Source: Candidatus Latescibacterota bacterium (GTDB lineage Bacteria > Latescibacterota > UBA2968 > UBA8231). From it: a DNA stretch of 64,000 nucleotides. The notes under the pieces are model-generated. The model did not search any database. It worked only from the letters and a program-made list of their open reading frames with translations, and was not told the origin of the DNA. This document shows, one piece after another, positions 18,802-29,711 of this stretch (position 1 is the stretch's first letter; each line of letters opens with the position of its first letter). The translations under genes and the position numbers were made by a program. The DNA is taken from positions 2,080,001-2,144,000 of the forward strand of contig OZ242318.1 of the NCBI GenBank assembly GCA_965208105.1. Direction: 5' to 3'.

Positions 18802-21023
18802 TTATATCAGCATCGCTTCACTGCCGATCGCATCCGCATCTTCCCAAAGAAGGCCAACATCTTCTCGATAAAGGCTCTTAGTTAGAAGAACGGCAAATTG
18901 ATCGCCGAGGCGTTCTCGTTCCGCAAAATTTACGTGAATATTTTTTACAAGTTGTTCCCGGAAGCGAGGAAAAACTTGCACAATATAAGGCTGGAGCCGC
19001 CGTGCCGCCGTGCCACCCTGCCCAGCCGTTTAGAATCAGCGAGATCACGAACGGCCTTACACGCTTCCTCTTCTCGGGCAACGATCACCGGCTCAAGTCC
19101 GCTCTGGATCAGACGAAACGTCTCGCCAACCTCTCGGAAGGAGAAAGAAGTGCCGTGCTTACTCATCTTGAACTTTTTCAAGAACTCATCGCCAAGCCCT
19201 TCTCCTTTGCGCCAGTACACCTCTTGGAAGTAGTCTTCCATAGCCTCCGGTGACAGCAGGTCATCGTGGCGACCCGTGATGCGCTCCATATCTCCGGCGA
19301 GTTGGCTCAACTCAGCCGGACTGGAATGTTCCGCTGGCCGGAACACGGTAACGATACTGTCTGCAATATCTCGTCGTCCCTCCCTATTGCACCGCCCGGC
19401 GGCTTGAGCAATCGAGTCAAGCCCTGCTTCGGCCCGCCAAACCCTCGGAAAGTCCAGATCAACACCCGCCTCAACCAGCGAGGTAGCAATCAACCGGCAC
19501 GGCCTTCCTGCCTTTAACCGCTGACGCACATCCGCAAGAATGCGGCGGCGATGCGCTGCGTATTGCCGCGTACTCAGATGCACTACGCCATCAATGTCTG
19601 CTTCACACGCTTGCCGAAAGAGGTCCAAGGCGTGTTTCCGACTGTTGACAATAACCATGCCTTGCGCCGTTTGCGCGAGGGTATCGCATAGGCTCTCGTC
19701 GGTGAGTATGCCCTCGTTGGAGATAGTGACGCGAGCGAGCTTCTGGTGCAAGAGCGGCGGGTCAGGTGCGAGTTCGTGGACTTGGACGAAGCCCCCTTTG
19801 AATTCAGGTGCCTTGAGTGCCGGTTGGGTCGCGGTGCAGAGTACGATGGATGAGCCATAGTTGCGAGCCAGTTCCTCGAGGACGGCAACCGATGGCCGCA
19901 GCAAGTGCAGCGGGATGGTCTGCGCTTCGTCGAGGACGATGACCGCACGAGCTAGATTGTGCAGCTTACGGCATCGCGATGGCCGATGGGAGAACAGGCT
20001 TTCAAAGAGTTGGACATTGGTGGTCGCGACGATGGGAGCGGCCCAGTCCTCCATGGCGAGCCGCAATTTTTCGGCACCCTCCCGCTGTGTGAATTTGGTT
20101 TCGTCAATCGCCGAATGGTGTTCGAGGGCGACACCCTCCCCCAGCACATCGCGGAAAATCTCCGCAGTCTGATCAATCACTGAAGTAAAGGGAATCGCAT
20201 AAACGATGCGATCAAGCCCGTGTGCTTTGGCATGATCAAGAGCAAAGGCGAGGGAAGTCAGCGTCTTGCCGCCGCCGGTCGGGACATTGAGCGAGAACAA
20301 GCCCGGAGGGTATTCTGCTTGAGTCCGAACATGCTCCAGAATTTCGCGGCGCAGGCGATTGACCTTACCTATGCTGGCAAGTCCGGTGAAGTGATTATTG
20401 AGTCTATCACATAGCTTATCAACTATTTCGGGAACCACGGGCCAGTCACGGTCAATGGTCTCACCTTTTGCGACAGCGTAAAAGCGTTCGGTGTCGCGGA
20501 AGTCTGCATCAACAAGACACGAGAAGATCATCCGCGTCAGGAAGGAAAGCGAAAATGCTCCGCGATCAGGAGTTATGGTAAAATTTTTTGGGAAGAGACC
20601 GGATACGTCAGGCTCAATTTCTGCCCTCCAGTCTAAAGCAAGGGGATCGAGTGTCTTCTTTAGCCGTTCATCAAGCGAATCAAGCGTGCCGGTATTGCTG
20701 TGCATATCTGGGAGGCCAGCGTGGTGTCCGGCGATGGCATAAGCAATGAGTTGCCCCATTGCCCGATCCTTATTGGTTTCTGCCAAAGTATTTACCAATT
20801 TTGCTCCGGCAGTCGCGTGATCAACCACAGGGCCGCCGTGTAGGCGCTTTTGGAATGCTTCTGTGTACTTGCCAAGATCGTGCAAAAGCCCAGCCAAGCC
20901 CACGGCCTTACCGGCTCCAAACTTGGCACCTAGTGCCTCCGCCTCGGCCTGAACCTTAACTAGGTGCTCCTTTAGTGGCTGCCATTTTTTTTGGTGACAT
21001 TTTAGGGAATGTGCATAGTACAT
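18802..21023 (-). pseudogene. cas3: Cas3 HD nuclease-helicase, frameshifted near the C-terminus
   Basis: YAHS, HDLGK, PTGGGKT, DEAQ, QAAGRCNR; removing one copy of an 8-bp duplication at 18996-19011 restores ...ARRLQPYIVQV...LYREDVGLLWED...MLI stop at 18802. Confidence 0.9.
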
Positions 21024-21193
21024 TCTATGTCCTTATTCATCCTATTCAAGACTATTGACCTGCCCCCACGAATGGTGCCAACTACTTGTATCTTCCAAAT
21101 GGGCTGAAGAGGCTTGCCTCTTGGGCAGGAAGTCCTACGGCGCCGGAGGAAGGTCCAGTAGGACTGATCTTCCAACCTTTACATCATGCACTG

Positions 21194-22330
21194 TTACTCG
21201 AAGGGTTGTAATGTGCCATTTTTTACAATCAGCACCTTCGGCTCATAAATTGCATCCCCGTTGGGGTCAAAAGAGAACTTGCCCAAGATGGTGTCGAGGT
21301 CTCTGAGGGCCGCGAGGGCGTCTCGAATTGAAATTGAATCGATTGATGGGGCCTTCTCCATGGCCGCGGCTAAAATATGAACCGAGGCATACGAAAACGC
21401 AGCGAAGGCGTTCGGCTCGGTGCCGAAAGTCGCTTTATAATTCTCAATAAAGGCTCGATTTCCGGGGGTTTTATCCGTTGGGAGCCACCCTGTAAAGGTG
21501 ATTGCGCCTTCAGCGGCGGCACCTGCCGCTTGCACCTCGAGGTCGGTCAATGAACTGACAATAAAAGGAATGGAGATGCCCAGTTGGCGCCCTTGAGTCA
21601 GGATTTTTGGTTTTTCGGGGGGCAAGGCGGAGACGAAGACCACATCGGGATTCACCTCCTTGATCCGAGTTAATTGGGCCGAGAAGTCGGCGTCGCCACT
21701 TTGGAAGGATTCCGTCGTGAGCACCTCAATATTGTTGGCAGTGAATACTTCCCGCAGGGTCTGGTCGCGATCAGTGGAGAAGAGATCGGTTTCGTCATAC
21801 ATCGTCGCCACCTGTTGATAGCCGAGGGATTCCTGCGTTGCCTTGACTCCTCTGGGAATCACCACATCCGTCGTGAGCGGAATGCGAAAGACGAAGTCGC
21901 CAATCGCGCTCAGTCCGCTGGCCCCAGATGTCGGGCTGATGGCCACGACTTGATGGTCTTGCGCAATCGGAAACGCGGCCTGTGTCGCACTGGAGGACGC
22001 GGGGCCGAGAATGACGGACACGCCCTTTTGGTGGATCAGTTGATTGAAAGCATCTATCGCACCCTCTGGGGTGCTGGCATCATCTTCCATGATGAACTTC
22101 AGGGGTGTCTGCCTGAATTGTGCGGTGTTGACTTCCGCGAGAGCGAGGTTAAAGCCTTGTTGCATGAGTTGGCCTGTAGCAGCCAAGTGTCCAGTTAGAG
22201 GCAAAACGACTCCGATGGCAATCTCGCCGCTCTTATCGGTGGCAGGATCGGTGGTTGGCGGCGTTCGCTCACAGGCGTAAAAACCTATGAGCACGGTGAT
22301 GATTGCCGCAACTAATGCGAAGATTTTCAC
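21194..22330 (-). CDS. Branched-chain amino acid ABC-type substrate-binding (lipo)protein, orphan
   Basis: IAIGVVLPLTG, ILGPASS, DFVFRI, FSFDPNGD; no permease nearby. Confidence 0.85.
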   Translation of the reverse strand: MKIFALVAAIITVLIGFYACERTPPTTDPATDKSGEIAIGVVLPLTGHLAATGQLMQQGFNLALAEVNTAQFRQTPLKFIMEDDASTPEGAIDAFNQLIHQKGVSVILGPASSSATQAAFPIAQDHQVVAISPTSGASGLSAIGDFVFRIPLTTDVVIPRGVKATQESLGYQQVATMYDETDLFSTDRDQTLREVFTANNIEVLTTESFQSGDADFSAQLTRIKEVNPDVVFVSALPPEKPKILTQGRQLGISIPFIVSSLTDLEVQAAGAAAEGAITFTGWLPTDKTPGNRAFIENYKATFGTEPNAFAAFSYASVHILAAAMEKAPSIDSISIRDALAALRDLDTILGKFSFDPNGDAIYEPKVLIVKNGTLQPFE

Positions 22331-22410
22331 TGGTTATTCCCTTGTGATCTTGAAGCGCCTACGCCTTCCCGAGGACCTCAGATATATCCGCCTCCGGGCC
22401 GCCGCACACC

Positions 22411-23712
22411 TCAACGGAATTCAAATTCTTCCTTGTGAACACGACGCGCCGGCACGCCCCGTTTTCTCAACCCGCCGGAGACGGCGGTGACCATCGGCCG
22501 CGGACCGCAGAGGTAATAGCTCCAGTCCCCAAGCGCTCCGCCAAGGTCGGTCTCGATCGTGTCAGCGTCGATCCGTGCGCCGGCGTCGGAGTCGACCAGC
22601 GCGATGGTTACGCTGTCCAGTTCAGCCGAGAGCGACTTCAGTTCGTCGAAGAAAAGCGCCTCCCTGGCCGCACGTACGCAGTAGTAAAGCCGGACAGTCT
22701 TGCCGTGCCCCGGTTCCATCGTGCGCAGTACGGACAAAAAGGGCGTGATCCCTATGCCCCCTGCGACCCATATCTGCTTGTCGGAACCCTTCAGCGGATT
22801 GAACCGTCCATAGGGTCCCTCGACAGCGACATCGGCACCCGCCGCCAGATGGTCGCGCACCCGGCGGGTGTAGTCCCCTAGCACCTTCATGGTGATGCGA
22901 AGTCTGTCTTCCTTCGCCCCGGACGAGATGGTGAAGGGATGCGCTTCCCTGAAACCAGCCGCGTCAATAGTGATGAAGACGAATTGCCCCGGCTCGAAGG
23001 AAAACATCCCATCCTTCGGTTGCAGCACCACTTCGGTCGCACGGTCCAGCCTGTGGACCGCAGCCAGGGTGAAGTGGTGTTTCTCTTTCAGCGGATGAAG
23101 GAACTGCTTGTATAAATAGGCCGCCAATCCGGCCAGCAGCAGCACCGCGAGAACCACTCCGGGAGCGGAGAATAGCGCGATCTCTTCGCCGTCGTAGAGC
23201 ACCAGGAAGACGTGGACGCTGACGACGAAGAAAAACACGCCCATAAACCGGTGAGTCGTGATCCAGCGATGATAGGGAATTTTGCGGTTCAGGGTGAGGA
23301 GAATCAGGAGGGTGAAGCCGATCATCGCGATCAGGCCGAATAGGTCGATGGGCAAGTCTTCCTCTTCATCCAGAGACCCGTTTTCACCGGATACGGCACC
23401 GGTCGCGGCCACTTCTTCCTCCGGCCCGCCGGGGACGGTCGCGAAGTGGGCGATGAAAAGCAGCAGGGCGGCGACGCCAAGATACTTGTGCAGCTTGTAC
23501 ATCCGGTCGAGACCACCAAAGGATGTCTCTACTGCACGTGGGCGCGCCGAAAGAAACAGGCCCAGCGCCATGCAGATCACCGAACAGGAACCGACGAAAT
23601 AGGAAAACTGGGCGGCAAACGGCATGGCCGCCGCTATCACGTGAAACCAGTACAGCGCGGAGTATCCGGCAAACAGCGCCGCGACGCCCCACACACCTTT
23701 TCGCAGATTCAT
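22411..23712 (-). CDS. Ferric-reductase-like transmembrane domain fused to a ferredoxin-NADP reductase domain
   Basis: GGLDRMYKLHKYLG, THRFMG, HPFTISS, EGPYGRF, AGGIGITPF, CGP, EEFEFR. Confidence 0.88.
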   Translation of the reverse strand: MNLRKGVWGVAALFAGYSALYWFHVIAAAMPFAAQFSYFVGSCSVICMALGLFLSARPRAVETSFGGLDRMYKLHKYLGVAALLLFIAHFATVPGGPEEEVAATGAVSGENGSLDEEEDLPIDLFGLIAMIGFTLLILLTLNRKIPYHRWITTHRFMGVFFFVVSVHVFLVLYDGEEIALFSAPGVVLAVLLLAGLAAYLYKQFLHPLKEKHHFTLAAVHRLDRATEVVLQPKDGMFSFEPGQFVFITIDAAGFREAHPFTISSGAKEDRLRITMKVLGDYTRRVRDHLAAGADVAVEGPYGRFNPLKGSDKQIWVAGGIGITPFLSVLRTMEPGHGKTVRLYYCVRAAREALFFDELKSLSAELDSVTIALVDSDAGARIDADTIETDLGGALGDWSYYLCGPRPMVTAVSGGLRKRGVPARRVHKEEFEFR

Positions 23713-23933
23713 GTAGTCACCGTGAGTCCCTTGTTCATTAACCCTGCCTCTCAGGAAATCAGAGAGGTAATCCAAAGAAGATGCAGACCAGGATTATCGG
23801 CTTGTTTTTGATAGTATTACGTACCCCGGTTTGCAACCTTCAGCGCAATGGATTAGTCCAGCGAGGGGTGAATGCTGTTCTACTGGGGATCTCGGATCAT
23901 TTCCATGGGATTTTGCGATTTCGCTCCTCCCTT

Positions 23934-24188
23934 TTAGCTCATTTCTTCAGAGGGAGTCATTCCCGTCTCAGGTCCGGGTTGTACCAGAATTGGACGGCCA
24001 ATGAGGGTGTCTAACCGATAATTCACGTTGTCGATGCGGGTATTGAAGTCACCGCTCAGGTGGTCAAGGCGCTGATGGATGCCGTCGATTCGACCATTTA
24101 AGCTACGGCTCAGCACAACGTACATGAACCACTGAAAAATCAGAAAAACCACCAAAAAGACTGGGATAACCAGGATTTCATCACTCAT
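23934..24188 (-). CDS. Small single-TM coiled-coil protein
   Basis: N-terminal TM followed by RID/RLD heptads; AGGAG RBS. Confidence 0.65.
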   Translation of the reverse strand: MSDEILVIPVFLVVFLIFQWFMYVVLSRSLNGRIDGIHQRLDHLSGDFNTRIDNVNYRLDTLIGRPILVQPGPETGMTPSEEMS

Positions 24189-24209
24189 GATGTTGTTCTC
24201 CTTTCTCCA

Positions 24210-24332
24210 TTAGATTTGTCCCTCCAGGTGCCGATCAACGCCCTCATTGATTCGATCGATCTTTCCGTCTAGGTCTTTCCAAATGAACAGCGTCCACCCC
24301 GCCACAATGGCTGGGGTCAGATAGGCCTCCAT
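24210..24332 (-). CDS. 40-aa single-TM protein, paralog of 34992-35282 (not in the ORF track)
   Basis: MEAYLTPAIVAGWTLFIWKDLDGKIDRINEGVDRHLEGQI shares YLTP, W and RHLE. Confidence 0.55.
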   Translation of the reverse strand: MEAYLTPAIVAGWTLFIWKDLDGKIDRINEGVDRHLEGQI

Positions 24333-24360
24333 TTCGCGGTCATTTCTACGGACCTTATCC

Positions 24361-26178
24361 CTATTCGGTTCCCGTCAGTTGGATCTGGAGACTCCGGGTC
24401 CCTTCGATATACAGACCGATTTCCTCCTCCGTGGAAATCGCTGCCACCGTGTTATCGGGGAAATCCGTTGGCCCTGGGTCACCAAGGGAACCCGGCGGCG
24501 CCGTGACACCACCGTCAGTAACGCCCCCCTCGTCCAGAAGATCGGGGGATGCGGAAAACCTCAGGCGCGCCTTCAAGATGATGTTCTCATCGGGTTGGTT
24601 CAGGCGGGAGAAGACCTCCTCCAGCGTTTCTTCTCCATCTCCGAGGTTCACCAATTCAAACGGACCGCCGCCGAAAAACCCTCCGTCCTCATTTCCCAGG
24701 GTGGCGGCGGAAGCCACCTCGAGCTCGTACCGACCCGGAGGGATCGTATCCGGTAGGGCGAGTTCCAGCCCGATTTCCCGGTCGATACGCCGGCCCACGC
24801 GCAACGAGACCGAAAGGGGCAGCGTGCTTCCCAGGCCGGCCACGGTGTCTGCGGTGACCTCCACCACCTGGGCGAAGCGAGGTTCCGGAATCATTTCCAG
24901 GTGGACCTCCGCCTCGCTGACCTCCACGGCGTAGTCGTTCCTCGTCATCAGTTCAGATAGCGCGAACGACAAATCGCCGGAGGCCGCGCCGACCAAGGAG
25001 AAAAGTCTTCCCTCCGGTTCCGCGTAGAGGCGGGTGCGGGCAAGCACCGAGTCGGTGCCGGAAAAGGAGATATTCGTTGTAATCTGGACGCTATGGTTCG
25101 GTTCGTTCTCGATCCGGTTGGTCAAGGGATTGAATACGGCAGTCAGGAGAAGACTGGCTGTGAAATACGAGTCGAGGCCGAAGGTGGGCATCCGGTGGGT
25201 CAGTTCGAGCTCGCTTCCGGAGGCGAAGGTGTATTTGCTCAAAATGGGCACCAGTTCGGGCTCCTCGCCGAGCACGCCGCTCACGGCGGGCAGGTGGTCC
25301 TCGGTCAGGATGCCCTGCACCGTCGGGTTCAAGGTCGCAAACTTGAAGGGAGCGTAAATGTTGGAGACCTCTCCGAGCACCTTGCCTTCGATAATGGGAA
25401 GCGCAGTGGATCCCAGGCTGGACAGAGGATGTCCGAACCCATATACCCGGTCGCCGGCGATGTAGGATATGGTCCCGAGTGCCGCGGAGGTGGTTTCACC
25501 GAGCAGCAGGCCGACCACCAGCGGCCGGCCGGCCTCAAAGCTTTCCTGGCGGTCGAGAGTAAGGCCGGCCGAGAGGGCCTCCCCAAAGGGGAACGAGCCC
25601 CCTCCGTTCACCGGTTGCAGACCGTTGGCTCCAGTGCTCACCAGGGGGATTTCCAGTGGAGTGACCCTGCCGCCGTCCCACGTGGCCGCGGGTTTGGCCA
25701 CCGGCACCGTTCCCCGGGAGCCGATCACCCATTCTATAGGGGTAGCAAAGCTGTAGTAAGGCGGCTTGTCCTGAGCATTGAATGCATAGGCGATGGCGCC
25801 AAGAGTGCCCTTTTCGCTAAAGACTGGGGAACCACTCATGCCCCGGGCGATGCCTCCGAGTTGGATCAGCACCGGGTCCGAGGATTCCACCATGATAATG
25901 GGCATGGGCGGCAGAAAATCGTCGACCACCTGGACAAAGAGCATTTCCAGATCGGCGAGCTGGCCGTTGGCGAACTCGGTGCGCAGGTACAGGGGAGTCC
26001 CTGGGGCCATGGCGCGTACCGAGTCGATCGGAACGACCGCCGAGAGATCCCAAGGCATCAGTTCACCGCTGGGACGCAATATCGGATCTTTCGGCGCGAC
26101 CGGTGTCGAATCCTCGTCGTCTTTTCCGCAGGACCAAAGGCAAATCACGAACGCGAGCAGGGCCCATCGAATCGTCAT
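24361..26178 (-). CDS. SpoIVB/peptidase S55-like lipoprotein
   Basis: Lipobox LWSC; GGIARGMSGSPV, TPIE, YGFGHP. Confidence 0.85.
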   Translation of the reverse strand: MTIRWALLAFVICLWSCGKDDEDSTPVAPKDPILRPSGELMPWDLSAVVPIDSVRAMAPGTPLYLRTEFANGQLADLEMLFVQVVDDFLPPMPIIMVESSDPVLIQLGGIARGMSGSPVFSEKGTLGAIAYAFNAQDKPPYYSFATPIEWVIGSRGTVPVAKPAATWDGGRVTPLEIPLVSTGANGLQPVNGGGSFPFGEALSAGLTLDRQESFEAGRPLVVGLLLGETTSAALGTISYIAGDRVYGFGHPLSSLGSTALPIIEGKVLGEVSNIYAPFKFATLNPTVQGILTEDHLPAVSGVLGEEPELVPILSKYTFASGSELELTHRMPTFGLDSYFTASLLLTAVFNPLTNRIENEPNHSVQITTNISFSGTDSVLARTRLYAEPEGRLFSLVGAASGDLSFALSELMTRNDYAVEVSEAEVHLEMIPEPRFAQVVEVTADTVAGLGSTLPLSVSLRVGRRIDREIGLELALPDTIPPGRYELEVASAATLGNEDGGFFGGGPFELVNLGDGEETLEEVFSRLNQPDENIILKARLRFSASPDLLDEGGVTDGGVTAPPGSLGDPGPTDFPDNTVAAISTEEEIGLYIEGTRSLQIQLTGTE

Positions 26179-26933
26179 GTCCGTTTTTCCTGTTTTCTCA
26201 TGAGGTTATGTCAGGCAGATTCGGAATGATACGTTAGGGGCTTAAATCTTTCAGCATCTGCAATATTTCAAGCCTGGCCCTACCTTCTTCCACGCCAAGT
26301 CTATTGTTTTCGGAATTTCCTACTTTGAGGTATTGACAACGAAAAAGAGGAGCGGAATGAATAAGATTACTCGCAAGCATCAATATAGAGAGCCAAAGCC
26401 CGAGCAACTTCTTCTTTCTCCACGAGAGGCGAAGCGTATTCTTGATCTGCCACCACTATCCCCAGCAAGTGATCCTTCAAACGCTGCTTTGTCTCCCAAT
26501 CCAGGCAAAGGATTAGCTTCATCAATGCCAGTGAAGTAGCAACGCTAAATTCGGGGTCTCGTAAGGGCCTATCATCGTTTCTTGGGTCCACGGTTTTCCT
26601 ACTCCTTCTTTCATTATGGATGGCCCAGCCAGGCGCGGAGTGCATCCCCATAGAATTTACACTCCGCGGAGAGAATGGCCTGGCTGGTGGGAATGGATGG
26701 GGCCTGCGACACCCCCAAGAAACTCCCCCGAGTCCTTTTCGCGCCGCATTGCTGGTCCCATCCCTATTCAAAAAGGATATCAAGCATTGCCTGAATTACT
26801 TACGGCTGAAGCCGTGCGGAAGAGAGCGGTAGGCCAACTAGTGCGCTGTTAATGAGTCGGCATTGAGTTTTAGACCTTGGCCAGTGATACCACGAAGAAA
26901 GAAAAATTACAAGTCTGAATACTTAACAGCGCA

Positions 26934-27197
26934 CTAGAGATTAAACCCGATCCGTCTTTTGCTGTCCAAAAGAGAATTGACTGCCTCGATAAGCGCCTCA
27001 ACAACCTCATTTTGTTTATCAATTCTTTCCTCCAAGACTTCAACGCGGGACGCAAGGCCGCCGGGCTCCCACCCATCTAGCTTCTTCAGCCGTTCAATGG
27101 CTTCGGTGATCAGCTTTACGTCTTCGGGAGTTTTGCTCTTGTAATCCCATTGCAGTCTTTCCTGAAGCCTCTCTATTTCCTTGTCAAATTGCCCCAT
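26934..27197 (-). CDS. Small coiled-coil hypothetical protein
   Basis: 87-aa ORF with heptad pattern, ends RRIGFNL. Confidence 0.5.
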   Translation of the reverse strand: MGQFDKEIERLQERLQWDYKSKTPEDVKLITEAIERLKKLDGWEPGGLASRVEVLEERIDKQNEVVEALIEAVNSLLDSKRRIGFNL

Positions 27198-27206
27198 TTT
27201 TATTGA

Positions 27207-27686
27207 TTAGCCAGAAACCAGAATCGCTATCTCCACATTCTCGGTTTCTTCAGAGTAGCCTAACAGGAAAGCAAGATCCAGCAAGTACAGGTTGGGATCG
27301 CTTATAACGATAACCCCATCGGATACGGCAATTATCGGAGTCAGCCATTCATCTGCCTCTTCTGAAAACGCTACGTCCGCCAGTAAGAGATAGCCCACTG
27401 GGACATAGGCTGCTTGTCCTGAAGTCAACTCTACCTTGATATAGAGACCCAGAAAGCTTTCCGGCGTTATCCTTGGGTCTGCTATGCTGATATTGCCATT
27501 CAGATCATAGGCAGACGTAGACAGAGTTATTTCGATCAGAACTCCATCCCTGGGTGGTCCGGTTGCGCCTCTTGGACCTGTCTCCCCTTGCGGACCTTGG
27601 GGGCCAATTGGCCCCGCAGGTCCTTCGGGGCCTTCGCAGGCTACTACTCCCAAAGCAAAGCAAACTAAGAGAATGATATTGCGCAT
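27207..27686 (-). CDS. Collagen-like lipoprotein
   Basis: RBS GGAAGGAAG; lipobox VVAC followed by nine Gly-X-Y triplets. Confidence 0.8.
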   Translation of the reverse strand: MRNIILLVCFALGVVACEGPEGPAGPIGPQGPQGETGPRGATGPPRDGVLIEITLSTSAYDLNGNISIADPRITPESFLGLYIKVELTSGQAAYVPVGYLLLADVAFSEEADEWLTPIIAVSDGVIVISDPNLYLLDLAFLLGYSEETENVEIAILVSG

Positions 27687-27793
27687 GGTTCTTCCTTCCT
27701 TGGAGTGGGAGACATCGGAAAGATATCCGGCAAGTGCACTTGTTTTCAATCTTGGCGAGCCCCCCGATGAATGGTAGGGCGGCTTCTTTTTAG

Positions 27794-28036
27794 TTAGGGG
27801 CCTGCGGTGCGCCACGTCCCAACTACAGGATGGGGACGAGATTGTGTGACGCACCGCCCGACTAGCCCCCAATCCACCATATGGCCCCTGTGACCGTGAA
27901 TAAGTAACTGCGGAGGACATGCGGGGAACCATTGCCCCCGCTTCATGTTCACTTTAGGATTTCCGTGTTCCTTGCACTCGCATTGATAGACGCCCGATTG
28001 CTGGAAGGTTTGCCAAGTAGACGCATCGCGACCCAT
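27794..28036 (-). CDS. YjzC-like small zinc-ribbon protein
   Basis: SGVYQCEC...GQWFPAC...VDWGLV. Confidence 0.45.
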   Translation of the reverse strand: MGRDASTWQTFQQSGVYQCECKEHGNPKVNMKRGQWFPACPPQLLIHGHRGHMVDWGLVGRCVTQSRPHPVVGTWRTAGP

Positions 28037-28062
28037 GTTATTTCCTTTGAATGGCAGGCCGG

Positions 28063-28287
28063 CTATCCCACCAGTAACCATATAACGAAGGCGAAAATTG
28101 CTACTACCATAGCTATTCCAGGCAGAAATATGATCCACACGGCGATATAATCAACGATGTCCCTTATGCTTCCTTTTTTCCCTGGGCCCCTTTGCTCGTC
28201 CAAATACCTAAGAATAGTGATAGCCGCGATGGCAACTAGTGGCCCAACGAGCAGGACCCAAGCAGCGATTTCACCAAGAACGTCCAT
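28063..28287 (-). CDS. Small two-TM membrane protein
   Basis: Two hydrophobic helices separated by a charged loop. Confidence 0.55.
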   Translation of the reverse strand: MDVLGEIAAWVLLVGPLVAIAAITILRYLDEQRGPGKKGSIRDIVDYIAVWIIFLPGIAMVVAIFAFVIWLLVG

Positions 28288-29711
28288 TCAATAGATTTTA
28301 TTCATATTGGGCTTCAAGAAGACACTACCTTAGGTGAAAGCCAGCCCATCCCCGTTTAGGGTGTAATGGCCCAGTGTTCCGGAGTCTTCGGTCAAATCAA
28401 CGAAGGCCTGCGACGCCTCCTCCGGCACCCAGGAAGGGCGCAACTGCTTGGGCCTTTTATGCGGGACCTACCTCCATTGGTCCCAGTAGATGAAGATTTG
28501 ATAGAGAATGATTTTCGGGACCATGGCGTGGCGCACGCTCCCTTGCACTCGAACCCGCTTCCAGTCGTATCCAGCGCCCACCCAGGGCAAAACTTCAAGC
28601 CCGCCTTGTTCCCCTTCCCATTCATACCACCTGTATTGTTGCATTACTTCATGGATTAGGCCAAGGTCCATATATAAAACAGTCCCTGCCCGATCTTCTC
28701 TCCTGGATAGCGTAAGGCACTGAGCTTCAGGTTATTCACATCCACTCAATTTCCTGAAATTCCCATTGCCTGCTCCATCCCCTCAGGTTCTTATGGCCAT
28801 AGGAGCGATAAAGTCCCGCATTGCCCCCTATTTGATCGAACAGGGGAACGTCGGTCCCTTTCATCCCTCCATGCCGACTCTTTAACAGCGCACTAGTTGC
28901 CTCCCCCTTGGCGCTCTTCGCGCCTCTCTTTTCTTCTCCTGAAAAAATCAAACCCTAGTCCGAGGATCAGCACGGCAACCCCAATCAGCAGCAATACCGC
29001 AATGTAGTCCCACAAAGGCTCCATACCTACGACCTATCCACCTTCATCTGCCACAGTTCATGGCGTAGCTGTCTGACCCAATGCAGAATCAGAAAGATGA
29101 CGACCAATAGGGCCAAATAGAACAGGCACTTGATCGACGCGCCAATCTTGAAAAACCATTCCAGAAATTCCGGTGGGTTTTAAATTTCCTTGTTTCCTTC
29201 AATACACCTCCATCGTCTTTGGCCAGCGCTGTAAAGCCGGTAGGGGAAGGCAATCGATGGGCTCGGCAGGCCATTGCTTTGCCCATCCCCCGCGCGAATG
29301 GTTCTTTGCCACCTTGGAAGGTGACCTTCTTGATCGCTATCCCTTCCGCTCTCAGGCCTAGGCTCGCATTGCCCTTTTCCGTTGTGCTGAGTGTATTGAG
29401 GGTTGATACAACCTCCCTCGCCGCCCCTTCACCAAAGACCAGGGGAACTCCAATGTTCGGCGATCCACGTACCTGGAGGGAATCGATAGTGTAAATTGGA
29501 ATCCCCTTGATATTCCTTCTGGTTAATTTACATGTTCTTGAATGATATTTTTATGGAAATTGGCCTTGGTTTGGTGGTATTTTGGTGGAAATGCGAGAAT
29601 TCATCTATTTTTGGTTGTCGGGTCCAGGCGACGGGGCATCCCTGCTGCGGCGGAAGCGCTATTTGACGGTGGGACCCCCAAGGATCAGGATCCTCACTCA
29701 GGAGGAGAGCC

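Larger units (their letters stand above)
26835..28899. mobile_element. Transposase-less cassette bounded by 29-bp inverted repeats
   Basis: CAACTAGTGCGCTGTTAATGAGTCGGCAT (26835-26863) vs 28871-28899, 28/29; a third 15-bp end at 26923-26937. Confidence 0.65.

Noticed and set aside
26934-28700. Integron cassette array
   Set aside because: Short co-oriented ORFs, but no recurring attC (RYYYAAC...GTTRRRY) structure or integron integrase recognised
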